This document shows, piece by piece, positions 1-11,706 of a stretch of DNA of 34,256 bases. Origin of the DNA: Sphaeroforma arctica JP610 (lineage: Eukaryota); the NCBI RefSeq assembly GCF_001186125.1, contig NW_014039832.1:6375-40630 (forward strand), in the 5' to 3' direction. Below the pieces are notes generated by a model. It was not told where the DNA came from and did not search any database. It saw nothing but the letters and a program-made list of their open reading frames with translations. Both the position numbers and the translations under genes were made by a program. Positions within the stretch are counted from its first letter, which is position 1. The number at the start of each line of letters is the position of its first letter.

Positions 1-356
1 TACTTCGCGCACTAAGAGGCGAAAAAATTATGGAATGCCAAGAGTTGATAGAAATCTCGGTAAGCTATCGAGGCAATTTGTAGTTGGATATGGATTACTT
101 TGTATATCCATTTCAACGTGATGGGTTCATATTGTGTTTACGCATTTGACAGTTTCGTCGATATAATAGACTGCCCGTTTATTTGCCTGGGTAGGTGTAA
201 TGCGGCTCTAGAAAAGTTTAATATATATGAAATTGGTTGTTATATTTGGAGGTTATATTGTCATGCTCTTGTATTGATGATGGCAATATAGGACACCACA
301 CGCCGGGTGCCATCGCAGATATCTGAGAATATTTTTTTTGCCTATGGCTATGACCT
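1..356 (+). CDS. Possible 3' end of a spliced gene entering from the left
   Basis: Donor-like gtaagc at 60 and gtaggt at 191; acceptor-like tttgacag at 152 and atatag at 291. One open join reads LRALRGEKIMECQELIEIS/FRRYNRLPVYLPG/TPHAGC... No recognisable motif. Confidence 0.25.
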
Positions 357-1564
357 AGAGAAAACCTACCGTGTCGTACGCCTCCCTTTTGGATCAGAAA
401 CAGGAATCTTATGCAGTACATAAGTAGTCATACTGTCATCAGGGATGTAAATGTAAGAGTCTTTTTCTACTACATTATGAATTATGAGTAAACATTCCGA
501 CAAATATTCTCCAATGGCAAAGGGCAAGCTGGCTACACATAACACAGTACCTCAAATTCATTATAAAATAGAGATCAAATTGTGACTGGTCACTTGTGAG
601 GTGTGCCGTGGAGGCGGGTGTGGCACTGTGGTTTCAAAATAGAAAATCTCAGTCATCATTTTTCACAACGCTACAGTTCTATGTAAATACCCGTTGTGGT
701 TTTGGTTTTGTTTTATTTTTAAAACAAAAAAAACAAATACTATAAATGTATATATGTAGGATATGTAACTACAATACTACAAACATACAGAAAGAAAGTT
801 AAAAAATGCTTTCTTTTTGTGGCCTTTTTATCTTCAGTTTTTTGTCCTGATAAACGCTATCCTATGAGCAAGAGTCACAGCTTTCCATTTCAAATATTTA
901 GCATCCATTGGCGGTGATGAGCAAATGAATTTTAAACGAGTACTTCTTAGTATCAGCCAGACAGCCAAGGTTGCTGTTTTCTTCTCCAATACGACCAAGT
1001 AAGTTCTGCGCGGTCAATTACAGTGAACCAATGGGAGATGTAATACTACATTCATCTCAATGTTATTTAAAAAGCCACAGATATTTTTTTTCTAATAAAA
1101 GACTGATGAAGGTGTTTTATTACTATTTGTTTGTGTTTTAAAAAATAAAAATAAAAAGAGAAACCCCCCCCCAAAATCGGAACGTATGTATGTAAATATT
1201 TACTAAAATAGCCTTCTGCTGAATATAAAATCTTGAAATCATATTTGATTTAGTTGTGTGGACCTTCTGTAATCTTATTATTTTCTATAAAAAAACATAC
1301 ACGTATGCATTATGCAATACAATATGTACACTGTGAAGATAATCCGGAGTGGATTACAACTGGATTGTCCAATGTCTGGAGTGAGTGGCTCGGTGGTTTT
1401 TATTTACAACAGCAGAATTGAGAATTGACGATCGTCGACTTCCATTCAATGATGGATCCATTTCCTACATATTTAAAGGAACGATACTGTGCAATGTTAG
1501 GTTCATATTCGAAAATTCAAATCAGAAAAACTAACAATATTACGAACAACTAAAATAGATTAAG

Positions 1565-4500
1565 ATGACCACCCTAGAGAGTTCTCAGGTATCTATTCCT
1601 ACCGCTCATATGAAGCCTTCGACAGTGCAATTAGATACGACTGAGCGCAGTGCACGGGCGGCGCAAAACCCAAATATTGCGAACTCATATGATGTCACCT
1701 TCAGTAGCGCGGGTTCCAGTGCCCCACGCGAAAGTAATAAAACCTCTTCTTCGAACAACCCCTTCTCTGCCGACGAAGCCTTTGATACAACTGCTGGCGG
1801 CAATGGTATAATGCAGGGTATCTCGAATATGGTATTTGGTACAACACAGCCGGATTCTGTGGGCAACTCTACGGATGAGGCTGTGTCTTTGGCAACTGCC
1901 GATACGGTGAGCCAGACTGGCCCCACTCTAGAACAGGAGAGTAAGGAGTACTACTCGCCACGTGATGTGTCTCATACATCGGATGGTGACGTTGATACAG
2001 CCAGAGCCAACGAGGATATTGGCAGAGACGCTGTGCACGGAAATGGAAATCTAAACACTGACACACAACACTTAACTGACCCAACTTTATTGCAAAAGGC
2101 ACAAGCCACTGTGAACGTAGGGCCTCTAGCACCTACAGGCAGCAACACTGACAGTCACGCGGAGACACTCGGTAGAGGCGCTGTACATGAGGGAAATCTC
2201 AACGACAGTACGCAACATCTCACCAATCCATCTGTGATGCAAAAGGCACAAGCGACGGTAGGGATGGGTCCTCTTGCTCCCTCTACAAGTAACACATACA
2301 ATCATTCGGAGGCGATAGGTAAAGATGCCGTACGTGACGATGGCAACCCAAACTCAGAGACACAACATCTAACCGACCCTTCATTGACTCAGAAAGTTCA
2401 GGGCGCTCTGGGTGTAGGACCTCTAGCCCCTTCAACAAGCGATACGGACACCCATGCGGAGAGTATAGGCAGAGAAGGCGATGGATGCTCGAACGCAGCC
2501 ACACAGCACTTGACTGACCCGTCTATAGTGCAGAAGGCTCAGGCCACCCTTGGTTATGGACCCCTTGCAAAATCGGACAAACCCACAATCGTGCAGAGTG
2601 CCATGAGCATGGTACCAGCCCTACCTGACTTGAGTTCTGTGACGGGAGCACCCCCCGCTGACAGCAATGCGGAGGAAATTGGTAGAGATGCAGTTCGAGG
2701 TGATGGTAGACTTGATTCGGGTACAAGGGATATTGTGCCTGAGGCCGATATGGTATCCATTCAATACAATTGTGAATCAGCGAGTTTGGCAAAGGATGGT
2801 GAATGTAATGCCGCGCCTGTGGACACTAAGAGTAACTCGGCCGTTCTGGATACTAAACCATATGTGTCCAAAGATTCTGACGAAGTATCGCGCACAATCG
2901 AAGTTAAAGACTCGCCCAATGGCAATCGCACCTTAGCAAACGAGATTGGCACAGAAGCAGTACAGGGAGAGGGTGATCTGACAGCAGATACGCAGCACTT
3001 GACTGATCCGTCTCTAATGCAAAAGGCTCAAGCGGCGGTAGGTATGGGACCTTTAGCACCTTCGACTAGTAACACTGATAATCATGCCGAAGTGATTGGC
3101 AGAGATGCTGTACGTGACGAGGGACATCTTAATGCAGCTACGCAGCACCTAACAGATCCCATTTTGATACATCAGGCACAAGCTGCGGTAGGGCTTGGCC
3201 CAGCAGCCACTTCAACGAGCNNNNNNNNNNNNNNNNNNNNCGCGGCCACCCAGCATCTGACCGATCCATCGATAGTACAGAAAGTACAGGCGAGTCTAGG
3301 CTTTGGGCCATTAGCAGACACGGAACAACCTTCTTTGGTACAAACGGCAATTGACATGGTTACCGGGGGGAATGACACAGCCAACGCTACTACCGATGAT
3401 ATCAATAAGGAGATGAAGAAGAACACTCCAGCTGAGCGTATTGCCAAAGATGCTGCACGAGGCGATGACGATGTAGACGCAGCGGTGCGCAAGTCGGAAC
3501 CAACTATGTTGGAGAAGGCTCAAAGGGCACTTGTGAGTGCTTTGGTTGTAGACGGTGTGACAGGTATGAGCACAGATGATATTGTCAGAGAAGACCATAC
3601 CGCGGTAGCTAGAGAAGACCGTCCCGCGGTAGCCAGAGATATCGGAAGAGATGCTGTTTGTGGTGACGGTAATCTGAACAGTGAGGTTGTAAATGTGCCC
3701 GTGACGGACACTCGGAAAGAATCATCAACTATGCAGAAGGTCAAGGATACGGTGCTGGGCCATGGACACTCATCCTCATCTTTGAGTGATGATGGGCTCC
3801 ACACCCCGAAGGGGGTTACTGTAGTAGCCCCGGTCACGGCGAGTAAAAACCATACTAAAGATGTTAGTAGCGAGTTGCCCTCGAAGAAAGCCGATGGAAT
3901 CAAGGCAGATAATTTCGGAGCGGAGAATTTGGGTAAGATGGACCACCAGCGCCATCCGCCGTCGGATATTCGAAAGGCTGTAGATACTATGGCTGGTGAT
4001 AAACCTAAAAGCAAGTCGTCTAGCAGGAATGTGGGTAACAGCAGGAAGGCGTCAGTGTCGTCGGTGTCATCCGTATCATCCGTATCATCCGTATCGTCTG
4101 TTTCGTCCTCGGACTCGGTCTCTGCGCCAAAGAAGATTACACCACTGGCCCAGGCAACGGACAAGAAGGTGGATGACAGCGCAGCACTTTCCGCCGGGTT
4201 GGTAAGTTTAAATTGTTGTACGCATGTCTCCATGGTCGTGTATGTTTATTTACTATCTTCTGTGCATGTTCTCTGCATACGCGTCTACATAAATGTTGCG
4301 GTGGTCAGCATATTGCTGAATGCTTACGAACCACAAAACTTAACTCTGACTACTTACTTCCTTCCAGGCGCCAAAGATGCGCCGTCCCTCGGCCGTAGCC
4401 CAGCGTGCGATGGCACTGGCTGGCGGTAGAGCTGCAGCGGGCGTGCAGAATCCCTCTGCACTCACATCTACTAAGCTGTCGTTCAAGGACGTCATACCTA

Positions 4501-5957
4501 TTGCTGTGCACGGAGATAGCGACTCTACTGCGTACTTGAAAAACAGTGAGTTGCTGACACAGGCACGCAAGACGCAGACGCTCAACCCATTGCTGCCAAT
4601 CCAACCGAGCGATTTGTTACCAGTGACAAAGGTACGTGTCTATACCCGCTGTACAATATAGTTGAAATAGATGGAGCACACTTTGAAAAGGAGTATCAAT
4701 GTTCGTGTTGAGTGCTTGTTTTGTTGTGTACTGATGAGCGTGTGTATAGAGGGCGTAGGGCGTGCGTATACATGAGAATCAAGTGCCGCGGAATTTGTGT
4801 GAATGATTTTTTTTACATTGCAGCTGAATTGTCCGGTTATTCTGACATGCAACTTCAGTGCTACTAGTCTCTGACTTCTTCTACTTGGCTCTTACTGCAT
4901 CAGGGGCTGACTAAGGTCCTTGCTAGAGCCAACAAGGACATAGCCAAAGCCGAGTGTAGGGCTACCAAGCAGGCGAAGAAGGAGGAGAAACGTCGCAACG
5001 ACGATATCGAGACCTTTGAGAAACGTCTGAACAAGGATATTGCCTACTTTGGCAAGCAGATGTACACAGATGAAGAGACTGCCAATGGTGCGGGTAGCAA
5101 ACGACCATTGGAAGAGTTTGAATTGGAGGCTAAGAGAGTCAAGTGGCCGTTGATCAGTGAGTACGATCGCGCGATCAGCCAGAGCCATCTGGATGCCATG
5201 AAAGTGAGTGTAGAGCGTATGTGAGGGATTTATTGGGCATTGACCCATGAATAGTTTTGTATTCGTATTTAAATGATTGGTAGTTTATGAAAATGATTGA
5301 TTACTGTAACATGCGTTATATATCGTAGACATGCGACTGACTTTATTACATACCCTTGCAGCTCATCTACAGGTGTCGTCTACTAGACTGTATGTCGGCG
5401 TACGAGAAGATGCACGCGGCAGAGTGGGCTGAGCTGAGTGTTATTGAGGACGATGAGTGGCACAACATAGAAAAGGATTACCACTCCACCGTCAAAGGCA
5501 TAGACAAGGACTTGAACTGGAATGTGGGGGCTAAACTTACAGGCACTAAGAAGGTGAGTGTGTAATACACTCACCGCGACAAATTCGCGCGTTTCTATAC
5601 GCTCGGATATATGACTAGTAGAGGCACGACCACATAGTTTTTTTGAAGCTTCAAGCAAGACCCCTTGGTACCTACATATCCTTCACTGTATGCTCGGCAC
5701 TGACACACTCTTTGTACCCGCTCCCTTAATCCCACCAGGTTGATGGCGTGAAGCTCGAAAAAGATGAGCTGAAGGAGGTATCTGAGGAGAAGAAGAAACT
5801 CGCGAATGTGCAACAAGAAGCACGGGGTGTAGAGTTACGCAATGCAATCGAGAGGAGGAGAGTAGCGTTGAGTGCGGTGCAAGATGAACGGGTCAGTAAC
5901 CTGGTCAAGACGCAAACGGAACTGATGAACAACATGCGTGTACATGCACTCACATAA
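1565..5957 (+). CDS. Uncharacterised ~1203-aa protein: hydrophilic N-terminal ~50-aa tandem repeats, Ser-rich linker, charged predicted coiled-coil C-terminus (5 exons)
   Basis: Exons 1565-4201, 4368-4631, 4904-5203, 5362-5553, 5739-5957. All introns are GT-AG and phase 0 (donors gtaagt, gtacgt, gtgagt, gtgagt). The joined frame is open to TAA at 5955-5957. Repeat consensus is roughly HAExIGRDAVRxDGNLNxxTQHLTDPSLxQKAQAxxGxGPLAPSTSNTD. A 20-N gap at 3221-3240 lies inside exon 1. Confidence 0.85.
2003..3330 (+). repeat. Coding tandem repeat, ~150-bp/50-aa unit, about 7 near-complete units plus partial units
   Basis: The motif TQHLT(D/N)P..QKAQA...GPLA occurs 7 times in the translation. Partial IGRDAVxGDG units occur near 2680, 3440 and 3640. 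Confidence 0.9.
4051..4110 (+). repeat. Coding 9-bp tandem repeat encoding (SSV)n
   Basis: tccgtatca-type units translate to SVSSVSSVSSVSSVSSVSSS. Confidence 0.85.
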
Positions 5958-7030
5958 TTTAGTACGTTGAGTTACATTAAATCATTAAACAAAGTAAAAA
6001 TATAAACCTCATCCCAGTAAGTAGTACAGTCGGGAGCGAAAACTGTCCACAATCAGGAAACATGTAGGATTTAGTACCACAGCACCATGTTATGATTGTG
6101 CCATTAGTTTTAGCCGAAGTCAAAGTTGACCCTGTTGTATTGGCTGTAGAGTTTGACTATACGTCAGTGCTGACTAAAGTTCAATGCAATGCTGGTTGTA
6201 TTCTCGCGAGTTGGATTGTTGGATTGTATGGCTCTGCAATGCTAGTGTTGTGTTGCATCAAATGAATGGCAGTATTAACTAGTGGCAATATAAACTCGGC
6301 TAAAAGTGCTGTGACCTGAGTTGCCAAGACATGTTCTGAGCCATAAATGATCTTCTTACGTTGGCGTATTTAGCGGATATCGTCGGTGATGTATGGGTGT
6401 GTTTTGATATGAATGGTGATTGTATTTCACTACGTGTTGATGCCAAATCGAGACCAAATGCTATGACACGAGGTGTCGGCCAAAAAAGCACTATGCGATA
6501 CATTTTGTTCACACACAGGTATATTATACGCAAGTGAGCTCTATTGTAAAGCTGTACAGTGTATACTTCTAATGCTGCTGCGTTGGCCTTCATATATGAT
6601 TGTCATTCATAAGGGCATCTGCGGGCTAGGTGCAATATGCTTATTCCTGAGGTTTCAACCGAACAAACGCCACGCGTTTTTTACGTTGGTATAGTTCATC
6701 ACCATTGGCTCTCATTGATGGCTGTACACCTACAACTATCCAAAGGGGCGGTGATGTATGGCCGTATATATCTAGTGATGCAAAATTTTAGTAAAAAATG
6801 CTTAGCTGTAGGTATTAGCACAACCCGCCCTGTACGTTGTATATAGTTCACACCTGATACGGAAGCATACCTACCCTGCAGTTGAATATACTCAAACACT
6901 TAAGTACGTGACTACATAGCATTGTATACAATATTCACGTGCATACCCACTGTGCCGTCTAGTTTCTTCTACATCTACTTTTATTTACCTGTTACATGTC
7001 CCAATTATTCTACAAGGACCGGTCAGTCGG

Positions 7031-9336
7031 TCACCTCCTCATCAACCCTCTAAAAAACCTAACCACCATCGGTGTTGTGGCGACGCATATCGGAAACCTA
7101 ATTGGCTCCAGCATTTCATTGATAGCCACAGCAACTGCAGTGTTAATCTTGGCCGGTGTCAGGTCCCACTCCTCCGTGTTCACACCCAACTGCTGTACTC
7201 CCCTGAGCGCAACGTCTGGCCCAGCATACGATACAGCCCCGTATGTGAGAACCCCTAAGAGAAAAGTGGGGGTGCAGAGTATTGAACATTCGAGGGGTAC
7301 GGCTGATATGGTGGTATGTTGATTGGATACTGAACACGACAGGAATGTATACAGAATCGTAGTCTAAACCTATATACAGCTGACGTAATCGTGGGCTCAA
7401 CTATATCACAATTTTTCTACACAATCGCATCTGGTGACAAGTGGGTCTGCATCCCGCGTTTGGTATCGTGATCTGGGTATACCTTTATGTCGAGCACGCT
7501 TACATGAGCACTTACATTGTTCGAGCACGCTTACATTGTTCTGGACATAGGCCCCTGCAGGAATACTTTAGAAACTAATGCAATCGAAGATGCTACGTGC
7601 TTATCGTATAAGCAACTCGTGGGCGCAAGGCATTGCATTTTGAAAAACGGTTCATAAACACCAAAGGTACCAAAGGTGGGTAACGCATGTACTAACACAC
7701 TCCCATTGATCCCGTACGTAGGCTCATTTCCAATATGCCACTGCTTACAATTCCAACGAGTATTCCTGAAGCAATGCGTGCTTTCTCGGTCCAACTGGGG
7801 TAATACAGTTAAGAAATGCCTGTAACAGACACCGAGAATCGTACAAGTCTGAACTTGAACTGCAGTTCATTCCCAGACTTATACCTCAGATAAGACTCAA
7901 AGGAGTATCATTCAACGACACAGTTTCTATTGGCTCAAATATGCAAAGTCTTGAAGAAATCGACTTGGGAACATAGTTAACAATATGGATAGAAAATCTC
8001 ACCTGTGCAAGCCCACACCCCAGTCCAGTACACCAAAAATGGTTTACCATACTCCTTCATCATCGATCGGAAGCCAGGCTTGACTGCTGTCTAGGATGAT
8101 AGGAGTATCGAATCGAGTGTAAACAGAACGGAATGACAGAAAAGAAACAATACCAGATAACATGTCAGAAAAATGTACCTGTGTATACCCACACGCTTCA
8201 ATCTAGTAGGAGACCCAGTAGGCGTGTATGTAGTGTATGTTCATAAATTTATGAAGCATGAGGATGTATATTTGCACAAATATGCATCCATACATGCAGG
8301 AGATAATACTAACAGAATTCAGAGACATGTATAAAAATACTACCAAAATTGGATATGTATGTATATTAAACATATAGCTGTGTAACTTGAGGATATATAC
8401 TTTCACAAAATATATGTAATTGAATGTAAGAGAGCGAATGTTTACAAGAGTACATTCACACACATATACTTATATGGNNNNNNNNNNNNNNNNNNNNNNN
8501 NNNNNNNNNNNNNNNNNNNNNNNNNNNNNNNNNNNNNNNNNNNNNNNNNNNNNNNNNNNNNNNNNNNNNNNNNNNNNNNNNNNNNNNNNNNNNNNNNNNN
8601 NNNNNNNNNNNNNNNNNNNNNNNNNNNNNNNNNNNNNNNNNNNNNNNNNNNNNNNNNNNNNNNNNNNNNNNNNNNNNNNNNNNNNNNNNNNNNNNNNNNN
8701 NNNNNNNNNNNNNNNNNNNNNNNNNNNNNNNNNNNNNNNNNNNNNNNNNNNNNNNNNNNNNNNNNNNNNNNNNNNNNNNNNNNNNNNNNNNNNNNNNNNN
8801 NNNNNNNNNNNNNNNNNNNNNNNNNNNNNNNNNNNNNNNNNNNNNNNNNNNNNNNNNNNNNNNNNNNNNNNNNNNNNNNNNNNNNNNNNNNNNNNNNNNN
8901 NNNNNNNNNNNNNNNNNNNNNNNNNNNNNNNNNNNNNNNNNNNNNNNNNNNNNNNNNNNNNNNNNNNNNNNNNNNNNNNNNNNNNNNNNNNNNNNNNNNN
9001 NNNNNNNNNNNNNNNNNNNNNNNNNNNNNNNNNNNNNNNNNNNNNNNNNNNNNNNNNNNNNNNNNNNNNNNNNNNNNNNNNNNNNNNNNNNNNNNNNNNN
9101 NNNNNNNNNNNNNNNNNNNNNNNNNNNNNNNNNNNNNNNNNNNNNNNNNNNNNNNNNNNNNNNNNNNNNNNNNNNNNNNNNNNNNNNNNNNNNNNNNNNN
9201 NNNNNNNNNNNNNNNNNNNNNNNNNNNNNNNNNNNNNNNNNNNNNNNNNNNNNNNNNNNNNNNNNNNNNNNNNNNNNNNNNNNNNNNNNNNNNNNNNNNN
9301 NNNNNNNNNNNNNNNNNNNNNNACATAGATACATAG

Positions 9337-9369
<33 letters not shown>

Positions 9370-9828
9370 CAAATAAATATGTATCTATTAATATCTATAT
9401 ATGTATTTAAATTGATCTTATTTATATTTATGCACACACATTTTAATATTAAATTTCACATGTACGCATCTATGATAGAGTTATTTCACGCTCAAATTCA
9501 CTCATTTACGAACGGAAGTATTCGTATGTGAATAGTCATATATGTACATTAAACAATTTTTTGGAGTATGTACACGGTATCAATATCGTACAATGCTTTG
9601 TGTAGTGTATGTCTTATACCTCAGTCACGGCTAGAAGAACTCTACAGTCTTCTCTATTGGTATTGTAACAAACACTCAGATACAAGTGCTTACATGCGGG
9701 TATAGCGATGCACAGGTGTAGTGTATACAGACAAGTCTCACCTGATTATTTGAGCTCAATGGCCGTCTTTGTATTGACCACATCGTGGCGTGGCAAGTGC
9801 GCCGACTTAAAGTGCTTAAAGGATACAT
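7031..9828 (-). CDS. FAM210/DUF1279-family mitochondrial membrane protein
   Basis: Exons 8090-8003 and 7254-7031 splice in phase 1 to TAVKPGFRSMMKEYGKPFLVYWTGVWACTG/VLTYGAVSYAGPDVALRGVQQLGVNTEEWDLTPAKINTAVAVAINEMLEPIRFPICVATTPMVVRFFRGLMRR*. This matches the DUF1279 pattern (KEYG...Y...W; A.A.N...EP.R.P.....TP). Candidate first exon 9828-9742 (MYPLSTLSRRTCHATMWSIQRRPLSSNNQ, gtgaga donor) looks like a mitochondrial presequence. Extra exons may lie in the 8478-9322 gap. Confidence 0.8.
7490..7541. repeat. Short imperfect tandem repeat (gagcacgcttacat-type, about 3 copies) in an intron
   Basis: tcgagcacgcttacat / gagcacttacattgt / tcgagcacgcttacattgt. Confidence 0.7.
8478..9322. other. Assembly gap (N)
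   Basis: Run of N flanked by TA-rich sequence. Confidence 0.99.
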
Positions 9829-10233
9829 GCTAGATACTAGCGTAAAGAGTATTTACCACGGTAATGTTATATGACCTGTGAACTGTTCAAAAGTTGTATA
9901 TTTATATTTATGTAGCGCTACCATCCGTGAAGGTGTGTATTTTTTTTTTAGTGCGTTCTGTTCAATTTTCAGAAGGCTATGGAATGGTGTTCACAATTTC
10001 AAAATGGCTGTCACGCTGATTTTAATTACGTATTTTAAGACCTGATAAAAATATGTACACCTGTTCGCGACTTCACGTATGATATGTTCGAGTTTTTTAT
10101 CCTGACAGTCTTTATGTATTTACGTATGTACGTGGATAATACTTGGTTGGGCTGCATCGCGTCGTGATGGCAAGTATCCATCTTGTTATGTACGGGCTGC
10201 CAGCAGGGATATGTGAGCAGTACATACAGCCGA

Positions 10234-10370
10234 GACCGCTTGAAAAATTTGCTACATCGGAATACATAATCCCTCCCCTCTCTCTTGCTGTGACCGCTTG
10301 AAAAAATCTGCTATGTACTTCGGAATACCGGATCCCCCCCCCCCCCCCCCCCACCTCTCTCTCTCTGTGT
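10234..10370. repeat. Imperfect ~58-bp tandem duplication with an expanded poly-C tract in the second copy
   Basis: gaccgcttgaaaaa...cggaatac...atccc...ctctctct starts at both 10234 and 10292. Confidence 0.75.
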
Positions 10371-10440
10371 GTAAATATTTAATGCAGTTCATAATTCATC
10401 CAAATAAATTCATAATTCATTCGAGTTAATCGCGGAGTAC

Positions 10441-11564
10441 TTATCCTCCGCAGTATATGCCTTTGGCTGTCCGCGGCGCATACGAGTGTGGGCTTTCCCG
10501 GTAGCCTCCAAAGCGGTTTTTAAGATCAAGTGCAATCTGGTCTGCATTCCACGACCGGGATGAGTTTTCTTCCCCATCGGTTAATATGAACATGATCACT
10601 TTAGAGGGTAAGCTTGGTAACCGCTGGAGAAGCTCACAGGTGTGTTTCATACCTTCTGCAATACCATCGTGCAAAGCAGTGCTCCCTCGTGGCAATGCAT
10701 CGGAGTATACAACGGGGCGGAGATACCTTAGATCCACACCGGACCATACCAACTCAGGCATATGGTTGAAGCGTACAAAGACCAAGGTTGTTCTGAGGTT
10801 GTCTGTGGCATTGGTGCGCCGTTGCTCTTCGAGATACGAGTTGATGCCAGTCACTACCTCGCCTTCCATCATCTCCATGCTCTCAGACCGGTCTGTGACT
10901 AGGCACAGTACGGTGTGGTTAGCATCGACGTTTTCTTCAGTGGAAGGGTTGAATGAGTACATCTCGGCGTAGAAAGCTTGCTGTGACGGGAGAATGTACT
11001 GAATAAAATCGTACGAGATCAGGCACTTGATAGTAAGTCTGTTTTGACAGTATTGCAGGATGCTACGTCACGAAATGATTTCGCTTAAAGAAAGGGTGCC
11101 TCGTCAATGGATGAGTTAATCGCTCACTACGGCGACTGTTACCTTGTATAAGACCAAATCAAGCTTGCCTTGTCCGTCTGTATAATCGTATATAAAAAAA
11201 CTGACTGAATCACGGGATCGTAGACTATTATTGTAAGTTTCTGCTATTCTTGAGCCCGCTGATGATTGTACTATAAATAGATCACTAAAGTGTTAGATGT
11301 ACACATTGAACACATTTGATAACGTACACAGGAACAATTCAGTATTGCGAATAAGCGTATGCCATAGAAAACACGAATATCCTGCCACTTGTATACTGCT
11401 GGAAAAAAAATCATTTCGAATGAAATAGAAAACCTTGTGTTTTGGGCTAAATGCGACAGTTAACCCCAGCATTGTTTTCAGGTCTCTTGCCCAACATCAT
11501 GGCAGTGTACACCGCATATCCAACATGCATCGCTTAAATGATGATGGTTCCCACAAAAAGGCAT
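10441..11564 (-). CDS. von Willebrand factor A (MIDAS) domain protein, C-terminally truncated or frameshifted (possible pseudogene)
   Basis: The main exon 10980-10441 encodes VTDRSESM (DxSxS), PRGSTALHDGI and FILTDGEENSS, the MIDAS motifs. There is an acceptor ctcccgtcacag at 10981. Less certain upstream exons 11564-11513 and 11177-11143 splice in phase to MPFCGNHHHLSDACWICDGQGKLDLVLYK/QAFYAEMYSF. The vWA call is firm; the 5' exons are tentative. Confidence 0.75.
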
Positions 11565-11706
11565 ATATTGGTGGTTGGCCAAATTGTATGTCAAATAGGT
11601 ACAAGCAGAGTTCTTGACAGGATTTGATTTGTATAGCACACCTTCCAACGCTTGTTCTCATATATTTCGTTTCTCGCAGTCAGTTACATCACTATTGCTA
11701 CGTGAT

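Noticed and set aside
1200..1564. TATA-like elements upstream of the repeat gene
   Set aside because: The AT-rich background makes them uninformative without transcription start data.
3520..4233. 237-aa minus-strand ORF and other antisense ORFs over the repeat gene
   Set aside because: Shadow of the plus-strand coding exon with no independent motif.
4202..4429. Hydrophobic C-terminus of the 954-aa ORF resembling a transmembrane anchor
   Set aside because: It is read-through into intron 1 (gtaagt at 4202, cttccag at 4367).
6996..7322. 108-aa plus-strand ORF
   Set aside because: Antisense to the DUF1279-like last exon.
8420..9437. Long ORFs spanning N runs (also 26526-27650 and 31008-32025)
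   Set aside because: Artefacts of gaps and TA microsatellites.
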